Assembly: GCA_001818495.1 (NCBI GenBank)
Contig: MHKS01000005.1
Location: 180,188 to 244,187, forward strand
Direction: 5' to 3'
Origin: Candidatus Komeilibacteria bacterium RIFOXYD1_FULL_37_29
Lineage (GTDB): Bacteria; Patescibacteriota; Patescibacteriia; UBA1558; GWA2-36-10
DNA: 64,000 nucleotides
Shown here: positions 59,226-64,000 of the stretch, one piece after another
Layout of the letters: each line of letters starts with the position of its first letter
How positions within the stretch are numbered: the stretch's first letter is position 1
The notes under the pieces: model-generated
The model's database searches: none
Seen by the model: the letters and a program-made list of their open reading frames with translations, nothing else
What the model was told of the DNA's origin: nothing
Program-made: the position numbers and the translations under genes

Positions 59226-59912
59226 ATGGCAAAAATAAGTAAAAGATTAAAAGAAGCTAGATCTAAAATTGAAAGTGATAAAAAGTATCCTATTAAGGAA
59301 GCGATAAAACTAGTCAAAGAAACTAGCGCTGTGAAATTTGACGCTTCAGTAGAAGTCCATGCCAATTTGGGTATTGATCCTAAAAAAGGTGACCAAATAG
59401 TCAGGGCCTCTGTAGTATTACCGCATGGTACTGGTAAGACAGTTAAATTGGTTGCTTTTGTACCAGAAGCAAGAGTAAAAGAAGCCAAAAGTGCTGGCGC
59501 TGATATGGCTGGTGGAGAAGAATTGATTGCGGAGATTAAAAAGACCTTAAAAACAGATTTTGATATTGCTGTGACTGTACCGGAAATGATGCCAAAATTG
59601 GCGGTCATTGCTAAAATCCTTGGTCAAAAAGGTTTAATGCCCAATCCCAAGACTGATACTATTGGTACAGATTTAACCAAGATGATCGGTGAGCTTAAGA
59701 AAGGTAGGGTGTCTTATAAAAACGATATTAGCTCCAATATTCATTTGACTATTGGTAAAGTATCATTTGATGAGGCCAAGTTACTAGAAAATTTTGAAAT
59801 TTTCTTGGACTCTTTAAAGAAAGTAAAGCCACAGAGTATTAAAGGAACTTTTATTCAGTCATTGTTTCTATCATCTTCGATGGGTCCCAGTATTAAAATT
59901 TTGATAAAATAA
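59226..59912 (+). CDS. rplA: 50S ribosomal protein L1
   Basis: KFDASVE, LPHGTGK, GLMPNPK, SMGP; ATG 59226. Confidence 0.97.
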   Translation: MAKISKRLKEARSKIESDKKYPIKEAIKLVKETSAVKFDASVEVHANLGIDPKKGDQIVRASVVLPHGTGKTVKLVAFVPEARVKEAKSAGADMAGGEELIAEIKKTLKTDFDIAVTVPEMMPKLAVIAKILGQKGLMPNPKTDTIGTDLTKMIGELKKGRVSYKNDISSNIHLTIGKVSFDEAKLLENFEIFLDSLKKVKPQSIKGTFIQSLFLSSSMGPSIKILIK

Positions 59913-59920
59913 TTATTACT

Positions 59921-59952
59921 AAACCCGCCGCGTTTTGACGCGGCGGGTTTTT
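59921..59952 (+). terminator. Intrinsic terminator
   Basis: AAACCCGCCGCGT-tttg-ACGCGGCGGGTTTTT. Confidence 0.85.
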
Positions 59953-60016
59953 GTTTACCAGTCTTGCCAGAGCTAAGATATTGTGTTAAATTGGCATAAT
60001 AATAAGCTATAAATAT

Positions 60017-61516
60017 ATGGAATTAATATTTAAAACTGAAGAAAAACAAGAAGCTGAAGTGCTTTTTTTGCCCGTCTTAAAGGACAATTTGGCTATCATT
60101 AAATTGATCAGCTCTTTTGATTTTAGAGACGAGCAGAATATTTTACTTCGTCTTAAAAAGGAAAATTTTCAAGGAAATAAAGGAGATTGGTTTGTAGTCC
60201 ACAATGATAAACAAACTATAGTTTTTATTGGTACTGGACAAGCTAAAAAATTGTCAGCGGAGGATTTTAGAACAACGGCTGGCTATATGGTGGCTTATTT
60301 AAGAAAACATCATACTAAGAAAATTGGTTTATTAATAAAATATTGGTTGAAGGGGACAAATGATTTGGATGTTTTAGCCCAGGCCTTAGCCGAGGGGCTT
60401 TATTTAGCTGCTTATAGTTTTGATCGTTACAAAAAAATTGATAAAGAAGCTATCAAGTTCGATGTTAAAGAAATTTTTGTTTATTTAGATTCTTTATTAT
60501 CTGGTCAAAAAGCCAAATTTATTAAAGGGTGGGATCTTGGTCGGTCTTTGGCCCAGGGTACTATCTTGGCTCGTGATTTGGTCAATGAACCAGCCGGAGT
60601 AATGACACCCAAATTTTTGGCTGAAATCGCTAAAAATATTGCCAAGAAAAGCAAAAATATTTCTGTGAAGATTTTTGATAAAGAAAAAATCGCCCAGTTG
60701 AAAATGAATGCCTATTTGTCTATTGCCCAAGGCTCACCGGAAGAACCAAAATTTATTCATTTGATTTATAAACCAGCTGGTAAAATCAGAGATAGGGTGG
60801 CGCTAGTTGGCAAAGGAGTGACCTTTGATAGTGGCGGGTTGAATATCAAACCATGGGAAGGTATGGTTGATATGAAAATTGATATGGCGGGAGCCGCCAC
60901 TGTATTAGGGGTTTTTGATATTTTGGCCCAGAGTGATGTGAAGGTGGAAGTACACGGTATTATTGCGGCTTGTGAAAATATGCCCTCTGGTACAGCCGTC
61001 AAACCTGGCGATGTGGTCAAAAATATGCAGGGTAAAAGCATCGAGGTGGCTCATACTGATGCGGAAGGCCGAGTGACTTTGGCTGATTCATTGGCCTATG
61101 CGCAGAAGCAGGGGATTAAAAAGATCGTTGATATTGCTACCTTAACCGGAGCAGCTATAGTGGCTTTGGGCAGCCAATATGCTGGTTTTTTTTCCAATAG
61201 TGACAAATTAGCTGAGCGTATTTTGAAAGAGTCTAAAAATGTTGGCGAAAATATGTGGCTTTTGCCCTTGGCTTTAGAATATAAAAATATGAATAAAAGC
61301 AAAGTAGCTGATATTAGAAATGTTTCGGAGATCAAGGGCGGTGGGGCTATTATGGCGGCTTGGTTTTTAAATTATTTTATAAGTGAAGGTACCGATTGGG
61401 CTCATATTGATATCGCTGGGCCAGCTTATGCTGAGAAAGAAATGAATTCTTACACTCCGGTCGGTGGAGTAGGCTTTGGAGTGCGGACTTTGTTTAACTG
61501 GCTAAAGAATATTTAA
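60017..61516 (+). CDS. pepA: Leucyl aminopeptidase (M17)
   Basis: GKGVTFDSGG, MKIDMAG, TDAEGR, DIATLTGA, HIDIAG. Confidence 0.95.
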   Translation: MELIFKTEEKQEAEVLFLPVLKDNLAIIKLISSFDFRDEQNILLRLKKENFQGNKGDWFVVHNDKQTIVFIGTGQAKKLSAEDFRTTAGYMVAYLRKHHTKKIGLLIKYWLKGTNDLDVLAQALAEGLYLAAYSFDRYKKIDKEAIKFDVKEIFVYLDSLLSGQKAKFIKGWDLGRSLAQGTILARDLVNEPAGVMTPKFLAEIAKNIAKKSKNISVKIFDKEKIAQLKMNAYLSIAQGSPEEPKFIHLIYKPAGKIRDRVALVGKGVTFDSGGLNIKPWEGMVDMKIDMAGAATVLGVFDILAQSDVKVEVHGIIAACENMPSGTAVKPGDVVKNMQGKSIEVAHTDAEGRVTLADSLAYAQKQGIKKIVDIATLTGAAIVALGSQYAGFFSNSDKLAERILKESKNVGENMWLLPLALEYKNMNKSKVADIRNVSEIKGGGAIMAAWFLNYFISEGTDWAHIDIAGPAYAEKEMNSYTPVGGVGFGVRTLFNWLKNI

Positions 61517-61532
61517 AAAATATCATTTAAAT

Positions 61533-61561
61533 AAAAACCCCTTTTTAAGACGGGGTTTTTT
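61533..61561. terminator. Bidirectional terminator between pepA and pth
   Basis: AAAAACCCC ... GGGGTTTTTT. Confidence 0.65.
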
Positions 61562-62114
61562 GATTGTATTTATTAGCTGCTTCGTCAAAACTTTTATCTA
61601 AAACATCTTCTAGTATTAGGTGGGTAGTATCCAATATTTCATTGAGCTGTTTTTTGTCTTCGCTAGAGAATTTTTTTAGGACAAAATCTTCGGCCTTACC
61701 TTCTTGTGGTCCGATACCCAGCCGAATTCTTTTGAAGTCTTTTGATTTCAAGTGATTGATGATGGAGTCAACTCCTTTGTGCCCACCGGCGCTGCGATTT
61801 TTTGATATTCTTATTTTGCCGTATGGCAAATCTATATCATCGTAGATAACAATAATATTGTGGGTCGGTATTTTATAAAATTGCTTTAAGGCCTGGACCG
61901 CTTGTCCGGAATTGTTCATATAAGTGAGTGGCTTGGCTAAAATTATTTTTTCTTTTTCGCCCTGGAAATCAGTCAGTTGACTGTTACTGACTTTGTGGTT
62001 AGACCAAGTCAGCATTTTTTTACTAGCCAAAGAGTCCAAGACCAGCCAACCAAAATTGTGACGGGTCAACTCGTATTCTTTATCGGGATTGCCTAATCCG
62101 ATGATAAGTTTCAT
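61545..62114 (-). CDS. pth: Peptidyl-tRNA hydrolase
   Basis: GLGNP, TRHNFG, KPLTYMNNSG, DDID, GGHKG. Confidence 0.96.
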   Translation of the reverse strand: MKLIIGLGNPDKEYELTRHNFGWLVLDSLASKKMLTWSNHKVSNSQLTDFQGEKEKIILAKPLTYMNNSGQAVQALKQFYKIPTHNIIVIYDDIDLPYGKIRISKNRSAGGHKGVDSIINHLKSKDFKRIRLGIGPQEGKAEDFVLKKFSSEDKKQLNEILDTTHLILEDVLDKSFDEAANKYNQKTPS

Positions 62115-62148
62115 ATTTTTATTTTACATCTCGAGTATAGTCGAGAGA

Positions 62149-63507
62149 TTATTTATCTTGAAGATTTTGGGTTTTGATTACACGAATGTGTATCGGTGTA
62201 CCCTCAAAACCAAATTTATAACGCAAATTGTTTTCTATAAATCTTAGATAAGAGTCATGCAGATCAGCTTTAAAATCTATTTTGATAGCAAAGACTGGGG
62301 GGTTGGTATGCAGTTGTTTTAGGCTGTAAATATAGGGGTATTTAGTGCCTTTACCGCGAGAAGGTTTGTGTCTTTTGACCAGATTTTTAAGCAACTTGTC
62401 CAAAGCGTTTTCGGTGATTGTTTTATTTTTCTCTTGGTAAATGGATAAAACGCTATCTAATATTTTTTTAATGCGCATTTTTCTGGTAGCTGAGGAAAAG
62501 ATTATTGGCGCCCATCTAAGAAATGGGAAAAAACTTTTATAATAATTTTCAAATTCTTTGACCGTGTCGGTGGTTTTATCCGGTATGAGGTCCCACTTGT
62601 TGGCCAAGATAATCAGTCCGACACCGGCATTTTCAGCATGCTCGATCAGGTGTTTGTCTTGCCAGGTCAGTTTACTAAAGACATCGGTCACTAATATAGC
62701 AATGTCAGCTTTTTTGATAGTATCAATACTTTGATCGATGGATTGTTTCTCAAAGGGGTCGGCTGTTTTTTTGGATTGACGCCTTATACCAGCAGTGTCC
62801 ACAAAAATAATTTTCTGGCCTTCAAACATAAATTCTATATCCTGGGCGTCTCTAGTAGTATGAGCGATGGATGATACTATCACCCTTTGTTCTCCTAAGA
62901 TGGCATTGATAATGGATGATTTACCAACATTGGGTTTACCTACTACGGCTACGCGGATGGCTTTTTCATTGGTAGTTGTTTCTTTGAGTCTTTTTTTATT
63001 TTTTATTTTTTTAAGTTGTACGACTACTTCATCTAATAAATCGCCAGTACCAACACCATTGATAGCTGAGACTGGCCAAGGGTGGCCGAGATTTAATTTA
63101 TAAAATTCAGCTAAATATTGGCGAGTTTTATTATTGTCGGTTTTGTTAACTACCAAAAGGACTGGCTGTTTGTTTCTTTTAAAATTTTTGGCCAATTCCA
63201 TATCAGTGGCCATGATACCATTTCGGACATCCACTACAAAAAGGAGTAGATCGGCCTCGCTGATAGCGGTTTGGGCTTGCTCGATAATTTGTCTGTCTAT
63301 TTCGTCATCAGATTGTCTTTCTAAACCACCAGTGTCAATGAGGGAAAAATCCATATCTTTCCAGGAACAGGTAGCGTAGTTTCTGTCACGAGTAGTACCA
63401 GCCACATGGGAAGTAATGGCCTTGGGGTCCGATATAAGACGATTAAACAAGGTAGATTTTCCTACATTGACTCTTCCGACTATGGCTACTTTGTATAGAC
63501 TGGGCAT
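62149..63507 (-). CDS. der: Ribosome biogenesis GTPase Der/EngA
   Basis: Two G domains (GRVNVGKST, GKPNVGKSS), TTRD, FGFEGTPI. Confidence 0.97.
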   Translation of the reverse strand: MPSLYKVAIVGRVNVGKSTLFNRLISDPKAITSHVAGTTRDRNYATCSWKDMDFSLIDTGGLERQSDDEIDRQIIEQAQTAISEADLLLFVVDVRNGIMATDMELAKNFKRNKQPVLLVVNKTDNNKTRQYLAEFYKLNLGHPWPVSAINGVGTGDLLDEVVVQLKKIKNKKRLKETTTNEKAIRVAVVGKPNVGKSSIINAILGEQRVIVSSIAHTTRDAQDIEFMFEGQKIIFVDTAGIRRQSKKTADPFEKQSIDQSIDTIKKADIAILVTDVFSKLTWQDKHLIEHAENAGVGLIILANKWDLIPDKTTDTVKEFENYYKSFFPFLRWAPIIFSSATRKMRIKKILDSVLSIYQEKNKTITENALDKLLKNLVKRHKPSRGKGTKYPYIYSLKQLHTNPPVFAIKIDFKADLHDSYLRFIENNLRYKFGFEGTPIHIRVIKTQNLQDK

Positions 63508-63509
63508 AT

Positions 63510-64000
63510 TTATTCTGTTAATTGTTCGCTACTACTGGCGGTAGAAGTGGCTAATAAGCTAGGGTCGATAGTAGGGATTATTTCTATATTTTCATCAATT
63601 ATTTGATCTTGTCCTAAGACAATCAGAAAGTCCAAGTTTTCCAACTCTCCATTGGCATCTTTGATGCCCCAATGGTTGGCTACCACTGATGCGATATAAT
63701 CCAAAGGGATGTCTTTTTTGGTTTCGGTGTTGAAGATATTTTCTAATGATTCCTTAGTTTTGGGGTTCTGTTCGGTGTAATCATAGATAACCGTACTGAT
63801 TTTATCTTGATTGGTGGCATTGCCGTATCTAAGTACATTATAACCTATTTGGCTTAGATAATTAACAGCGTTTAGAGCTAGACCAGGAACAGCTGTACCG
63901 TTTTGGATAATGATTTTAGCTTGTTCTTGACCAGCAGCCTGCAACTGAAAAACATTTTTGACTAGAGCGTTTATTGGATCGTAGCTTCCGCCGACTGGTT
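63510..64000 (-). CDS. LCP family protein, C-terminal LytR_C domain (start outside window)
   Basis: IIIQNGTAVPGLA...YGNA...TVIYDY...DFLIVLGQD; frame open to the window end. Confidence 0.75.
   Translation of the reverse strand, partial: PVGGSYDPINALVKNVFQLQAAGQEQAKIIIQNGTAVPGLALNAVNYLSQIGYNVLRYGNATNQDKISTVIYDYTEQNPKTKESLENIFNTETKKDIPLDYIASVVANHWGIKDANGELENLDFLIVLGQDQIIDENIEIIPTIDPSLLATSTASSSEQLTE

Overview
AT-rich chromosomal backbone of a small-genome bacterium, most consistent with Patescibacteria/CPR (Parcubacteria-like). This is inferred from gene content and style: IleRS2, alpha2 GlyRS, pilin-like genes, a membrane-anchored Clp ATPase, UvrD-nuclease next to DciA, and few Shine-Dalgarno motifs. 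The genetic code is standard (TGA ends folC). The window holds typA (partial), a 6-tRNA cluster, FTR1, xth, parAB, a Rel enzyme, topA, folC, yhhQ, dprA, ileS, recO, tgt, two Cys-rich pilin-like genes, a Clp ATPase, glyQS, rsmI, metG, tatD, rmuC, a full F1Fo atp operon, pheST, gyrB, secE-nusG-rplKA, pepA, pth, der and a partial LCP gene. I saw no CRISPR array, prophage, integrase, transposase or rRNA. No clear multi-gene novel system stands out. The best leads are finer-scale: a TGT that has lost all four Zn ligands; repeated -10 boxes 6-8 nt before ATG (likely leaderless mRNAs); an initiator tRNA with C33 and A29-U41; a hairpin-sequestered 25-codon hydrophobic sORF resembling a type I toxin; short palindromic elements, one inserted in frame in a helicase-nuclease gene; and an exactly duplicated 40-nt L1-type leader. 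All protein calls come from motif recognition, not database searches.
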